The notes below the pieces were generated by a model that saw only the letters and a program-made list of their open reading frames with translations, did no database searches and was not told the DNA's origin. From Azolla caroliniana (Eukaryota; Plantae; Polypodiophyta), in contig JBHGNT010000008.1 of the NCBI GenBank assembly GCA_043228905.1, forward strand, positions 2,108,001 through 2,172,000: a stretch of DNA of 64,000 nucleotides, given 5' to 3'. The position numbers were made by a program, and so were the translations under genes. Below, piece by piece: positions 48,681-61,511 of the stretch (positions are counted from its first letter, which is position 1; each line of letters begins with the position of its first letter).

Positions 48681-50139
48681 ACTGTTTGCTACCTATGAAA
48701 TACTAAATATGAAAAGAAAATATACAAAATGTAAAGCATGTAGTAGTAGCTTTAGTGGTATGATAATTGCTTCTTATCTTAGACGTGCAAGGTTCAAATC
48801 CTACTTGCAACCCTCAATATGCACTCAGTGCCATCATGTCCTAGGTTTATTTATTATTATTTTCATTTTTACAAGTATTTGTATAATGTGCATGTATCCT
48901 CAATTTTTCACTTTTTCTCGCATTAAACACGCCACATCACGACAACGTTACTACTGGAGTGTTGTCTCTGTTTTGGCACCCAAAAATTTAGCACTGCCTA
49001 TGCCTAAATAATTGTCATATATGTTTTGGGTATATTCTTTTATATCTAATGTCATGTAAACTAATAGTTACGAGTACGCTTTCTACTTCTAATTTTCATG
49101 TGTTGTCATGAACATATACATTTGGTATTATATCCTAATGATCTTTACTAAGGATTAATTGCGATGTATTGTATTCAATAATATGTAAATATCAATTTCT
49201 CAAATAGCATATACACCTCTCATGGAAAGTTTAACCATTGTAAACCTCTGCATTTTACATCTCACGAAAATGGAATCCTTGTTTGTTAATGCTTTCCTCA
49301 AATAATTAATTTGTATCAAATGAATGCACGGTAAGCCCCAACCCTAAATTTGTAAACTTTTAAAAAATAAATCTCATACGTTTATATTTTCTTCAATAAA
49401 TAGCATGTTCTCTAGGTACAGAGATGCATCGGATTAATAAATCAATAAATTCACTATCTTTGGTTGATCATGTGATACTGGTGCACATCCGATTTCACAA
49501 GAGGCTAAAATTGTGTGACTACAAAGGGAATCTAAAAGTGGAATGCGCGATCCTTCCACTTTTGAACGCGAACTTGTTCCTATTTAGTTAGGGCACAACA
49601 CCGTATCCAAGTGATTACCGATCACAAAAATCTAGTATACTTTTCTACCTCACGAACCTTAAATCGTAGACAGGCGCGATGATCAACCTTCTTGGCAGAC
49701 TATGATTTTGAGATAATCTTTCGACCCAACACTCAATACACGACGACTGATGACTTATCCCGTCAGTCTGAGTTCGAGCTCACTCTGGAGGATGAAGCCT
49801 ATGTTCAGCAGCCCCAAAGTTTGTTAAAGTGTGACCAATTCTACAACTTCGGGACTTGCTTGCTCCGAGAAGACTTTTTTCTCAAGCAAATAGCAAAAGC
49901 CACTACGGCTAGCAAGTTCGCCACAGAGGTCAAGGCAAGTATCACAAACCACTCCCATGAACCCAAAAGGCCCGATTTAGCTCGTTTTACAATTTAGGAT
50001 AATCTTTTGTTTCAAGATAATCTTTTGTATGTCCCAGAAGTTCCACGAGTGTCATGATGATCCACTTGTTGGTCATTTTGGCGTTGCGAAAACCTTGGAG
50101 TTGATATCTTGGGGGTATTGGTGGTCATAACCACGGAAA

Positions 50140-51327
50140 TTGGTCAAGGAGTTTGTTAAATCATGCGACGTTTGTGCTCGCTCTAAAGCATCTCATCATC
50201 GACCATATGGTCTCCTTCACCCTCTCCCAATCCCCAAACGTCCTTGGGCCTCTCTTTCCATGGATTTCATCACTGACCTTCCTTTTGTTGGTGGCTATGA
50301 CTTGGTATTCGTCATGGTCGATCGCTTCACCAAGATGGCTCATTTTGTTCCATGTGCCAAAACCATTACCGGAGAGGAGACAGCCGATTTGTTTTTCAAA
50401 AATGTGGTTCGACTACATGGACTCCCAAACGATATCATTTCTGATCAAGGACCACAATTTGTTTCCAATTTTTGGAGACACCTTCTACAAACCTTCGATT
50501 GTATTGTGAATCTGTCTTCCGCCTATCATCCGCAAATTGATGGACAAACGGAGTGGGTTAACCAAATCTTGGAACAATACTTGCGGTGCTCTCTGAGCTA
50601 CCAACAAGACAACTGGGTTGACCTTCTCCCACTTGCCGAGTTCGCCTACAACAACTCTCTGCATACATCTGCAGGAGTTACTCCATTTTTCGCAAATTAT
50701 GCTCTCCACCCTTGCTTCAACGTTTCGCTTCCCTTGGACTTTGTCAATCCTTCTGCGGAGAATCGAGCACGTCTCTTGGAGGATGTACATTGCGATCTTT
50801 CCTTGGAGCTCACCCTTGCTGGCGAACACTACAAGGAGCAAGCTAACCGTCTTCGCTTAGATGCTCCCCGGTTTGAGGTAGATGACTTTGTTTGGCTTCT
50901 CTGTCGCAATATTGTCACCACTTGTCCTTTTTCAAAGCTTGATTACAAGAAGTTAGACCCTTTCCGAATCATCAAGAAAATTGGTTCCATGGTTGTCCGC
51001 TTAGAGCTACCATCCCACTTCCGTATTCATAATGTATTCCATGTCTCCCTTCTGGAACCTCACCATATATCTGAAATCCCCGGTCGACACCCTTCTCCTC
51101 CACCACCAATCCAGCTCTCAAGCGGAGAAGAATATGAGGTCGACCAAATTCTTGAATCTTGTCTCTTCCGTCGCCAGTTTCAATACCTTGTCCTCTGGAA
51201 AGGGTACTCGATCTCCGAAGCAACATGGGAGCCAACACACCATCTCAAGCATGCCCCAGACATAGTTCGAGCATTACATGAACGATATCCACAGAAACCG
51301 GTCACGGATCCTAGGACGCAGCCTTAG
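50140..51327 (+). pseudogene. Gypsy G integrase with C-terminal chromodomain (open frame; upstream pol is disrupted)
   Basis: SMDFITDLP, ISDQGPQF, SAYHPQIDGQTE and HNVFHVSLL, then YEVDQIL...YLVLWKGY..SEATWEP. Confidence 0.92.
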
Positions 51328-51338
51328 AGGGAAGATAA

Positions 51339-51829
51339 TGCCATAGGCAAGATGCCACATGGAATGGTGGGGGTTTAACCCGTGACCTTTTGGTCTTATT
51401 CGGCAACCTTACTAGTTGATACATCCATCTATGCATTATTGTATTGTATAAAATTCAACTTATTTCATTATAGATTGATCACTAGAACTTTCAAGAACCT
51501 TCTCGAGATAGCATCTTCATGCACTCTCTCAAAGTTTCCATGCACTCTCTAGAAGTCTTCTAGCTTTCATGCATACTTCCACATTCTTCTATAAAGACTA
51601 GGGTGCACCTTGATTACAATCAAGGTGAAAAACACCAGTTACAAAAGCATAATTCAGTTCTTGTTCATTTGTCTATTATCTCTCTCTCTTGCTTGTTCTC
51701 TTGTCTATGCATCTCTCTCCCGTTATCTCTTAATATTGAGTCTCTTCTACTTGTCTATGACAATCTTGTGATCTTGTTTATGCTCTCGCTCTCTCTTAGT
51801 ACTTAGCCTCATTCCACCCTTTTGTGACA
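51339..51829 (+). repeat. 3' LTR of gypsy G
   Basis: Follows the PPT; ends GTGACA plus the TSD. Confidence 0.94.
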
Positions 51830-51834
51830 ATACC

Positions 51835-52888
51835 AAGCATTATTTGTATTCTTACCAATTGTAACTGCAAGTGCATTTTTATCACATGTATTCTCATCAT
51901 GTTCATCTACTTGAGTAATACTACTGGATGCATAATTACTTTCACTATATTTTCCATTCTTTATATCACTTTGTCAAATCCAACAGTCTTGCACATGATG
52001 CCCAATCTTATTACAATAAGAACACTTAATAGTTGAGGCTGAATAGCCATGAAAATTACCTTGATTATTCTGAAACTTTCGTCCTCTTTGCATTTTCCCT
52101 CTCCCTCTATTATTATTGTTATTGTAGTTCTCACCTTCTTGTTTATTTTCATTGTAAATTTGTTCATTTTTCCATCTTCCACCCACGAGCTTAATTTCTT
52201 CCTCGTTGTTGCCACCTTCCTCCTCTTCCTCTTAGAGATTTTCCTCTATTAGCATAGAAAGATGGTTCTTCATTCCAATCCTTACCACTCTTTGATGAAC
52301 TTGTAATTTGTTCTTCTTGTAGCAACTTAGTAATCAACCCATCAAATGATGGTATTCTAGCAACATAAATGGATGTTTTAAATATATTAAAGTTTGATGG
52401 CAATCCTTTCAAACATACACACACAATATCATCATCATCATCCACAATACAATCTATCAATGCCAAATCATCCAGAATTTTCGTAATTTTTCCAACATAA
52501 TCCATGATTGCCATGTTTCTATCCATGTTAACATTTTGTAACTGCTTTTTAGTTGCATCTTTCTAACCAAAGACACATTCAAAAAAATCTTTTCTAATGT
52601 ATCCCACATTTCCTTAGTAGTATTACAATGCTTTATATGTGGAATCAAAGATGATGAAAGAGTGTTTGAAGGTATTACCATGGCTTGTGCTTCCTTTTTA
52701 TTCCAATTCTTTCCATCCTCAATAACACCAGATTCTTTTTCCTTTCCCTTTCTATCTTCTTCTTTTATTGTACGACTAGGTTTATCATTAACAACTATAT
52801 GCCACAATTCTTCTGCTTTTAAAAACAACATGACTTTATACTTCCATGATGCATAATTATCTTTGGTCAATTTTTCAAGTTTCGCCAC
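51835..52888 (-). pseudogene. Copia D gag remnants
   Basis: KLEKLTKDNYASWKYK; zinc knuckle CSYCNKIGHHVQDC. Confidence 0.88.
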
Positions 52889-53042
52889 TTAAACAGACAT
52901 ATTGAATGCAAGTACGTAAGGATCTTAATTAAAAGTGTTTACCAAAAAACCCTCGTGTTGAAGACCTTGTGTGTCCGAGGTAGCTTGATGTGTGATGTGC
53001 TTTCAATATGTCGTCACGATAATTGTAGAAGAAACCGCTTAT

Positions 53043-53190
53043 TGTTGAGATGTTGATATTGATAGTTGAGATGAGGCAGGAAAGGTTGTACAAAAGTTGG
53101 CTATGGTGTTGAGATGTTGATATTGATAGTTGAGATGAGGAAGGAAAGGTTGTACAAAAGTTGGCTATGGTGTTGAGATGTTGATATTGA
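53043..53190. repeat. 64-bp tandem repeat (about 2.3 copies) in the copia D leader
   Basis: TGTTGAGATGTTGATATTGAT... starts at 53043, 53107 and 53171. Confidence 0.9.
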
Positions 53191-53321
53191 TGGTTAAGTT
53201 TGTGGAGAGGTAATAGAAGAAATTATAGGAGAAGCTTTGGTAAAGACAAATCATGGTTGATTATGGCTCTGATACCATGTTGAGATCTTTAAAATATGAG
53301 ATATCTTGAGAAACAAATCAT

Positions 53322-56300
53322 GCTGATACACTCTTGTAATCATCTCTGTATTGTATATCCACTATTCGTATAGTGAAGAATCTGTTCTCGTGGTTTTCCC
53401 CGTTTTAGGGTTTCCACGTAAATTTTTGTGCACCATTGTACATCTGTTTATCTTGTCTTTCTATTGTATTTTTGTAATTCGTATTTCAGCGTGTAGTTCG
53501 TTTTCTGTGATCTATTCCACATCGATTTCTCAACAAACTGCTATCAGAGCTTGAGGTGCAAGCATGGAAGGAGGCGTGGGCGGATTCCCAAGTATGATAG
53601 TTCTAAACTCTCAGAACTATGCAGACTGGAAGATCAAGATGGAAGACCTTCTCATAGTTAAAGATCCATACGAGCCAGTCGACAGAGCAGAAATACCTAG
53701 GGGGTATTGGAGTCGGAATGGAAGCTCCTAAACAGAAAGGCCGTGGCCACTATCCGACAATGCGTCGATGTAAGTGTCCTTCAACATGTGGCAAACGACA
53801 CAAATGCTTATGAGATGTGGCAGAAGTTGTCGGGTCTTTATGAGAGGAAGAACGCGCTCAATAGAACCTCGCTGATGAGAAAAATCGTACGGCTGAAATA
53901 CAGGGACGGTGAGAGCATTGTCAAACACATCAGCACGTTCATGGGGTATGTAAATCAACTTGTTGCGACCAAGTTTCCCCTAGATGACGCAATGCATGCC
54001 ATCCTGTTGATGTGCACACTGCCGGAAAGCTGGGAGAACCGGGTGGTTACTCTCAGCACCTCCTGTCAAGAAGAGAACTTGTCTTTACAGACGGTGAAGA
54101 CAAGCATCCTAAACGAGGAGGCAAGGAGGAAAGACAAAGGAGTCCTCTCCCAAACGGAGTTGAATCTGACTCAACATATGGATAGAGGAAGGGACCGGCG
54201 AAGAAGAAGTCCGCAGCGAACGAACAAATACCACGCCAGATCGAAGTCCAGAGGTAAGCATGTGTGCTTCTATTGCGGAAAACCTGGACACTTCCAGAAG
54301 GACTGTCGACACATGAAGAAAGATAAGTTTGTCGGAAATTATGTCGAACCCCGGAAGATTCCGAATGAAAAGAACACTTTGACCATTGCTACGAGCAATG
54401 AGGAACTTCTGTTCATCTATGAACAAACAAGTGTAAATCTTGCAAGTGAAGAGTGCACTTGGGTGATCGACTCCGGCGCATCCTTCCATATTACTCCGTC
54501 GAGAGAGTATTTCTCGACTTACATAGCCGGGGATCATGGCTATATAAAGATGGGTGATAGTGGAGAGTGCAAGATAACCGGAGTCAGAAGTGTGTGCTTA
54601 ATGACGTTGACAGGGTGTCGACTAATGTTGAAGGATGTTCGACACGTCCCCGATATCAAATTGAATCTGATATCAACTAGAAGGCTTGATGATGAAGGCT
54701 ACAATGGTAGCTTTCAGAATGGCAAGTGGAAGTTCTACCGAGGAAATCTCATAGTGGCCCGAGCACAAAAAGAAGGCACATTGTACATGATGCATGCCCG
54801 ACTGTGCAAATCAGAAGTAAAGGTGGCAGCCGACTCGACAAGGGAGATATGGCATAAGAGGCTAGGCCACATGAGTGAAAAGGGAATGCACCTGCTAGCC
54901 GACCAGAAACTTCTACCAAAAGTCAAGGGTGTGCACCTAGAAAAGTGTGTTGACTGCTTAGCCATAAAGCAGAACAGGGCGGCATTCCACTTGAGACCAC
55001 AGAGGAGAAGAGAAGCTGCATTGGAACTAGTGCACACGGATGTGTGCTATGTGGATGCTCCATCGCATCGAGGAGGACAATACTTTGTAACGTTTATTGA
55101 CGACTATAGTCGGAAGACATGAACTTTCGTACTGAAGACGAAGGATCAAGTACTGTTGGTTTTCAAAGAGTTCCAGGCAAGAACCGAAAGAGAGTTGGGT
55201 TGGAAACTGAAGATTGTCCGAACCGACAATGGTGGCGAGTATAGAGGGCAATTCGAGGAATATTGCAAGTGCCAAGGTATTTGGATCGAATACACTATGC
55301 CAAAGACCCCAGAGTTGAATGGGCTTGCAGAGAGGATGAATCGAACAATCATGGAAAGAGTAAGGAGCATGCTCTCTCATGTGAATCTGTCGAAATCCTA
55401 TTGGGCCGAGGTGATGTACACATCTATTTATCTGATCAATAGGTCTCCCTCAATACCTCTAAAGGGTGATGTCCCACAGAGGGTGTGGACAGGGAAGGAT
55501 GTCTCCTACCAACACTTGAGGGTGTTTGGATGTTTGGCATATGTGCATGTACCAAAGGATTAGAGGTCAAAGCTCGATAGCAAGTCGAAAGCATGCATAT
55601 TCATGGGATACTCGGAAGATGAGTTCGGCTACAGGTTGTGGGACTTAGTCGACAAGAAGGTAGTGAGAAGTCGGGATGTAGTTTTTTAGAAGACAAGATA
55701 ATTGAAGACTAGAAACAACAGAAGTCGGAACCGACTCCCTAGTCAACCATCGACTTAAGGCCAAGTGAGTTGTCACCGACAGCTGTAAGGAGACAGTTGG
55801 CCGATAGAGCCAAATCCGAGTCGGTCGACTTGGAAAGACCGACAGACTATGAGTCAGAGTCGGTAGACCTGCTAAAATCAATTGAGGAATATGAGTTGGA
55901 GTTGTCCAACCTGGAGATGCCGATTGATGAGCAGAATCCCAAGCAAAGAGAAGAGTTGGCAGAGACATCCGGAAAAGAGCCAACAGCTAGTGGACGAAGA
56001 TACCCACTCAGAGAAAGGAAGGCACCGAGTACAATGCTAGTCAATACATCCTCTTGACTGATGACGGTGAACCAGAGTGCTATGAAGAAGTCACTGCCGA
56101 CGAGAGCAGAGAAAAGTGGTTGAACGTGATGCAAGAGGAGATGGAATCCTTGCACACAAATTACACCTACGACCTAGTAGAGCTACCGAAAGGTAAGAGA
56201 GCACTCAGGAATAAATGGGTCTACAAGGTGAAGACTGGAGAAGTCGACAGCAAGCCTAGGTATAAAGCCCGCATAGTGGTGAAGGGTTTCCAACAGAGGA

Positions 56301-58316
56301 AGGGCGTCGACTTTGACCAAATTTTCACACTAGTCATGAAGATGACATCTATACGAACTGTTCTGAGCATAGTGGCCAGCATGGATCTAGAGATCGAACA
56401 GTTGGATGTCAAAACCGCATTTCTGCATGGGGAGCTAGAAGAAGAAATCTACATGTAGCAACCCGAAGGCTTTGAGGAGAAAGGGAAAGAGAATCTGGTG
56501 TGTCGACTGAGCAAAAGCTTGTACGGACTGAAACAAGCTCCACGCCAATGGTACAAGAAATTCGAGTCCTTCATGATGGAACATCGGTTCCAGAAAACAT
56601 AGGCCGATCATTGTGTATTCATCAAAAGGTACGAGGAAGGAGATTTCTTGATTCTCTTGTTATACGTTGATGACATGTTGATAGTCGGCCAAGATGCAAG
56701 GAACATTGGAAGCTTGAAGAAAGCTCTCGGCAAATCATTTGCCATGAAAGACCTTGGACCGGCAAAGCAAACCCTAGGAATGCACATAACCCGAGACAAA
56801 GCTCGGAAGATGCTATGGTTGTGACAACAAAAGTATGTGACAAAGATCCTAGAGAGGTTCAACATGTCGAACGCAAATCCGGTCGGCTCCGTGTTGCTGA
56901 CAAACTGTAGATTAAATGCAAAGCAGTGTCCGAAGAGACAAAAGGAGAAGGTTGAGATGAGGAAGGTACCATATGCCTCATCCGTCGATAGTCTAATGTA
57001 TGCTATGGTCTGTACAAGACCGGACATAGCATTTGTTGTAGGAGCAGTAAGCCGATATATGAGTAATCCAGGGAGAGAACATTGGGCAGCGGTGAAGTGG
57101 ATACTCAGGTATTTGAAAAGCACATCGGAGGTGTGCCTAAGGTATGGTGTCGGAAAACTTGTGCTGGAAGGTTTTACCGATTCGGACATGTCTGGAGATA
57201 CCGACTCAAGCCGATCCACGTCAGGGTACGTGATGAACTATGCAGGGGGAGCAGTGTCGTGGCAGTCATGACTGCAGAAGTCTATAGCCTTGCCGACTAC
57301 AGAGGCAGAGTATATGGCAGCGGTAGAGGCCGGAAAAGAACTGATTTGGATGAATAGTTTTTTCACAAAACTAGGCATGGAGCAAAAGGAGTTCTTGCTT
57401 CACTATGATAGTCAAAGCGCCATACACCTAGCCAAGAACGCGGCATACCACTCTCAGACCAAGCACATACAGAGAAGGTATCACTGGTTGCGAGAGAGAG
57501 TCGAAGATGGAGAGTTTGCTCTTGTGAAGATCCATACTAACGACAATGGATCCAACATGCTGACGAAGAACCTACCTATGGACAGACTCAAAGTCTGTCG
57601 ACAAAATACAAGACTGACAGATTTCCTTCCACATGAGTGAAGGGGGAGTTTGTTGGGAATATGTCCCTCCAGTGGAAGGAAGAGCCGACTGTTCGGAAAG
57701 CCGACAATCGAAGAGCCGAAAATAGTGAGTCGACTGTTTGAGAATTCGACTATTATTATTATGGTAATAATAATGATGATGTTAGGAAACATGTCTCTCC
57801 GGATGGGAAGAGAGAGGAGCCGAGTTGATGAGGGACTCAGCCGAGGCCAAAACCGGAATCATGTAAATAGCCAACTCAGGATACTATACTTGTGAATAGT
57901 CTAAGTGTGCGCTCCATGAGGGCTACGTATGTAAATAGCCAGAAAAGTTGTGTAAGTATATATGCAATTAGGGCAAACTTTAACTGTAGAGAAGAACAAT
58001 GTGTACAGATGTGCAGAGAATGAGAGAGAAAGGGAAGAAGGTGAGTCGTACCATAGTTGTGTGAGTAACAGCAGACTCGAAGAGCCCTATGCAGCTGATA
58101 CACTCGATAGAGTGTTGTAATCATCTTTGTATTGTATATCCACTATTCGTATAGTGAAGAATTTGTTCCCGTGGTTTTCCCCATTTTAGGGTTTCCACGT
58201 AAATTTCTGTGCACCATTGTACATCTGTTTATCTTGTCTTTCTGTTGTATTTCTGTAATTCGTATTTCAGCGCGTAGTTCATTTTCTGTGATCTATTCCG
58301 CATCGATTTCTCAACA
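53322..58316 (+). mobile_element. Older Ty1/copia element C (relative of A/B) inserted in the 5' LTR of D; its own 5' LTR is truncated
   Basis: Partial LTR 53322-53535, PBS TGCTATCAGAGC at 53539-53550, gag-pol at 53564-57640, PPT, and 3' LTR 57651-58316. Confidence 0.93.
53564..57640 (+). pseudogene. Copia C gag-pol with multiple stops and frameshifts
   Basis: CFYCGKPGHFQKDC, VIDSGASFH, DNGGEY and QTKHIQRRYHW. Confidence 0.92.
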
Positions 58317-59302
58317 CTTTAAACGGTGGGGGTAAGCCCCCTTTATATAAGATGAAGCATGCGAGCATGTTCGTCACATGCTCGACACATGGCTTCATGT
58401 ATGCATGACATTCTATGCATTACATGCTAGAATGTTTATCATATAACAATAAATGATACATATCCTTATTATAATTTCTATAGTCTATAAAGTAAAGATA
58501 CCAGGTTCAAATCCCTATATGTCTATTATAATATTGTGCTTGATCCTCAACACGTCGGCATTATATTTGACTTTGTACACCCATTGGCATCCGATCGGCT
58601 TCACCCCTTTTGGTACGTCAACCATGTACCAAGTTTCATTCTCCATGAGCACATGCATCCCTTCCTCCATGGCTTTTATCTGATTTGGATCCTTGGCCGC
58701 TTCTGCGTAGTTCTCCAACTCACGCATTGTTGCCACCTTCGCCACGTACACATAATGGTGCGTCATATACTCGTTATACCTTTACAAGATCATGGGAGTC
58801 TTCTGGTGGGTGGATCGGCGTAACTTCTGCTCTGCTGATTTGATGGACCTCTTAACGGACTCTAACCTCTTCTCTAGAGGTCCGTCTTCATGATTTCTAG
58901 AGTTGGATTCGCTCCGATCCACCTCATCCTTGTCTGTGTCGTACTCCCGCCGAGTCTCCACTACTCGCCAGCTCATCATCCTGTTGACTGCTTTGGCTCA
59001 ACCAGTTGGGATTCGGTCCACTGATCCGGAGGGAAGTTGGATTATCCGGTAGTTCAGATTCCTCAATGTTTCCCTCTATTCTGGAATCTATTGCCTCGTC
59101 TGGAACAATCAGTTCGAGCTCGGGTGGAGTGAAGTACCAAGATGTTGATTCATCAAAAACGACATCGCGGCTGACTCGGACTTGCTTCAACCGGGGGTTG
59201 TAGCACTTGTACCCCTTCTGCTCGTCAGAGTAGCCAACCAAGATACATTTCTCGGCCTTGGCATCTAGCTTTTTCGCTTCTCATCCAACACATGCACATA
59301 CG

Positions 59303-59600
59303 CAATGTTGTTGAATACCTGAAGGTGCGCCAAATTTGGCTTCCGCTCGAAGTACAGTTTGTGTGACGACACCTTTGTCCCTAAGGCAGATATCCGATTT
59401 TGTATGTAGACAGTTGTCTGAATCACTTCGGCCCAATAAATTCGGGGCATACAATGTTGCTGAATACCTGAAGGTGCGCCAAATTTGGCTTCCGCTCGAA
59501 GTACAGTTTGTGTGACGACACCTTTGTCCCTAAGGCAGATATCCGATTTTGTATGTAGACAGTTGTCTGAATCACTTCGGCCCAATAAATTCGGGGCATA
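59303..59600. repeat. 149-bp tandem duplication in the copia E integrase
   Basis: CAATGTTG(T/C)TGAATACCTGAAGG... starts at 59303 and 59452. Confidence 0.92.
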
Positions 59601-61511
59601 CTCTTCTCCTCTAGCATTGCCCACGTTGCTTCTACTAATGTCTGGTCCTGTTGTTCGGCCACGCCATTCTCCTCCAGCGTGTATCTACAGGAGAATTCAC
59701 GTGGATTCCCTTGGTCTGTATATAACTTGTGAACTAGCCGGAAAAGTACTCTTTTCCTCCATTCGATCTCAGACACTTGATCTTCCTTTCGGTTTCTTGT
59801 TCTACATGATTCTTTAAGTCCTGGAAGCACGAGAAGACTTTGCTCTTCTTCTCGATCAAATAGATCCAAATGTGTCGACTAAAATCGTCGATGAGGGAGA
59901 TGAAATATTGACTCCCGCCAATGCTCACATTTTGTGTCGATCCTCATACATCCGAATGGATAAGATCGAGCCAATTCCAGCTCTGATTCTTCTCATTGGG
60001 GAATGGAAGCCTATGTTGCTTCTTGAGCTAGCAACCTTCACAAATTTCGCCTTTCTGGCCACTGAACTTCAACAGTCCGGAAACCAGATGTTCTGACTAC
60101 ATCTCATGAAGCTTTCGGGAGTTGATGTGACCAATCTACTTATGCCATAGGTCAATGTCTGACTAGACCTTTTGCCCTTTCGCAAACATAGTGGTGCCAA
60201 CATTATTGGTTTCGAGGATGAACATTATTCCATCCCGGCGCCCTTGCGCAATGATCCAGCCTTCCTCCTTAATGAAGCATCCATGATGAGTGAACCGAAC
60301 CTACATTCCTTGATCCAAGATATGGCCGGCCAACACCAAGTTCTTGGTGATCGGTGGAACATGTAGAACATTCTTCATAATTCCTCTTTGGCCAACATGG
60401 CTCAGAGGGACATCCCCAATATGCTCAATGGGATGTGGGGTGTCGTCTCTGGTTTCAACCACCCCGACTTCTCCTGCTTCCGCATCTTCTCAAGAAAGGA
60501 GAACCACTCTTTATGGTTCATCATGTGACTTGAAGCTCTGGAGTACACATAACACACTTCTTCCGACTTCAAGTTGGATACTCCCTTTCGGTTGGTCTTA
60601 TGCTTCATTACGACGGTCGATTCTGATCCAGGTCTCTCCAAGCCTCAGACGAAGTGCGATCGGTGACACCTATTTGCGTCTCTCCGACTCGATCCGCCTT
60701 TGTCCGAATCAGCCCTTTTCTTCCAACACTCGCTTTCTCTTTGGCCCTTCCGGACATAGTACCAACTGCCTGTTGTGGCCTTCCCTTGCCGGCTCCTGGC
60801 ACCACCTTGACTCCCCCTACTTGTGGAGGTTCTGGTAATATTGTCGGCACCATCCTTGTGTCTCTGATTCTGCTCTTATCGGCTGCCTCCATTGTGTGTT
60901 GATCTACCTCGTCCGCCACGACCACGAGGCCTCCCCACCTCCATGTACAACATCTTGTTGTCAGTATGCGCACTCGTCGACGCACCCGCATGGTTCTCCT
61001 CTACAAGGAGTGTCAACAATAAGTCAAAAAACGAAGGTGTATTCTCCCTCATGCAAACCGCCGTTCGGAATGTTCTGAACTTCAACACCCAACCTCCGAG
61101 GCAAACCTACACCATTTCATCCTCCTCGACGGTCATGTTGATGGAGGCAAGAGAGTTACAAATCTCCTTCATCCGGGCTATGTAGATTGCCACCAACATG
61201 GCTTTCTGCCATACGTTGCTCAACTCCTGTCTAAGTTGCAGCTTCCGAGCCGTGGTGCTTGCAACGAAAACCTTTTTCAGGTTCGTACAAGCTTCCTTTG
61301 GCGTCTTGGCATCCCGGATATGGTGGAGCAGTTGATCACCAACACTAGACGCGAAGCAGTACATTACCTTGCTTGCCACTTGCTCCCAAGCCGGAAAGTC
61401 CTTGTGTGCCACACTGAATGCTTCATCGTTAACTCCGTCGACATAACTCCAGTATCCATGTCCGAGCAGGTACTAATGCATCTTGTACGACCAAGTTGCG
61501 TAGTTGCTTTT

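Larger units (their letters stand above)
32671..49578 (-). mobile_element. TIR DNA transposon H, Sola1-like; 35-bp TIRs, 4-bp TSD CCTA; about 4.97 kb without the nested LINE
   Basis: Left end AACACGTTCGCGTTCAGAAGTGGAAGGATCGTGCA versus the reverse complement of 49544-49578: 3 mismatches. Removing H restores gypsy RH EEWRP|[18 protein letters not shown]. Transposase core at 45895-46283. The superfamily is inferred. Confidence 0.85.
29352..51829 (+). mobile_element. Ty3/gypsy chromovirus G (Tf1/sushi, Tcn1-like), about 5.6 kb without the nested element; TSD ATACC
   Basis: LTRs at 29352-29821 and 51339-51829; TSD at 29347-29351 and 51830-51834; PPT AGAGGGAAGATAA. Gag [36 protein letters not shown], integrase plus chromodomain. 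Confidence 0.95.
26079..58552 (-). mobile_element. Degenerate AT-rich Ty1/copia element D inserted in the RT of E; TSD CATCG/CGTCG
   Basis: 3' LTR 26079-26345. The 5' LTR is split by copia C (53278-53313 plus 58317-58552). PBS at 53266-53277, gag at 51835-52888, PR-IN-RT-RH at 26346-29351. The TSD has one mismatch. Confidence 0.92.
23667..61511 (-). mobile_element. Degenerate Ty1/copia element E; hosts D and F; its 5' end lies beyond the window
   Basis: 3' LTR 23667-24150 and PPT 24151-24162; RH/RT at 24568-26078. RT resumes at 58553 (YKVKYNAD|[10 protein letters not shown]). IN and PR at about 58900-60600, gag at about 60600-61511, where F is inserted. Confidence 0.9.
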
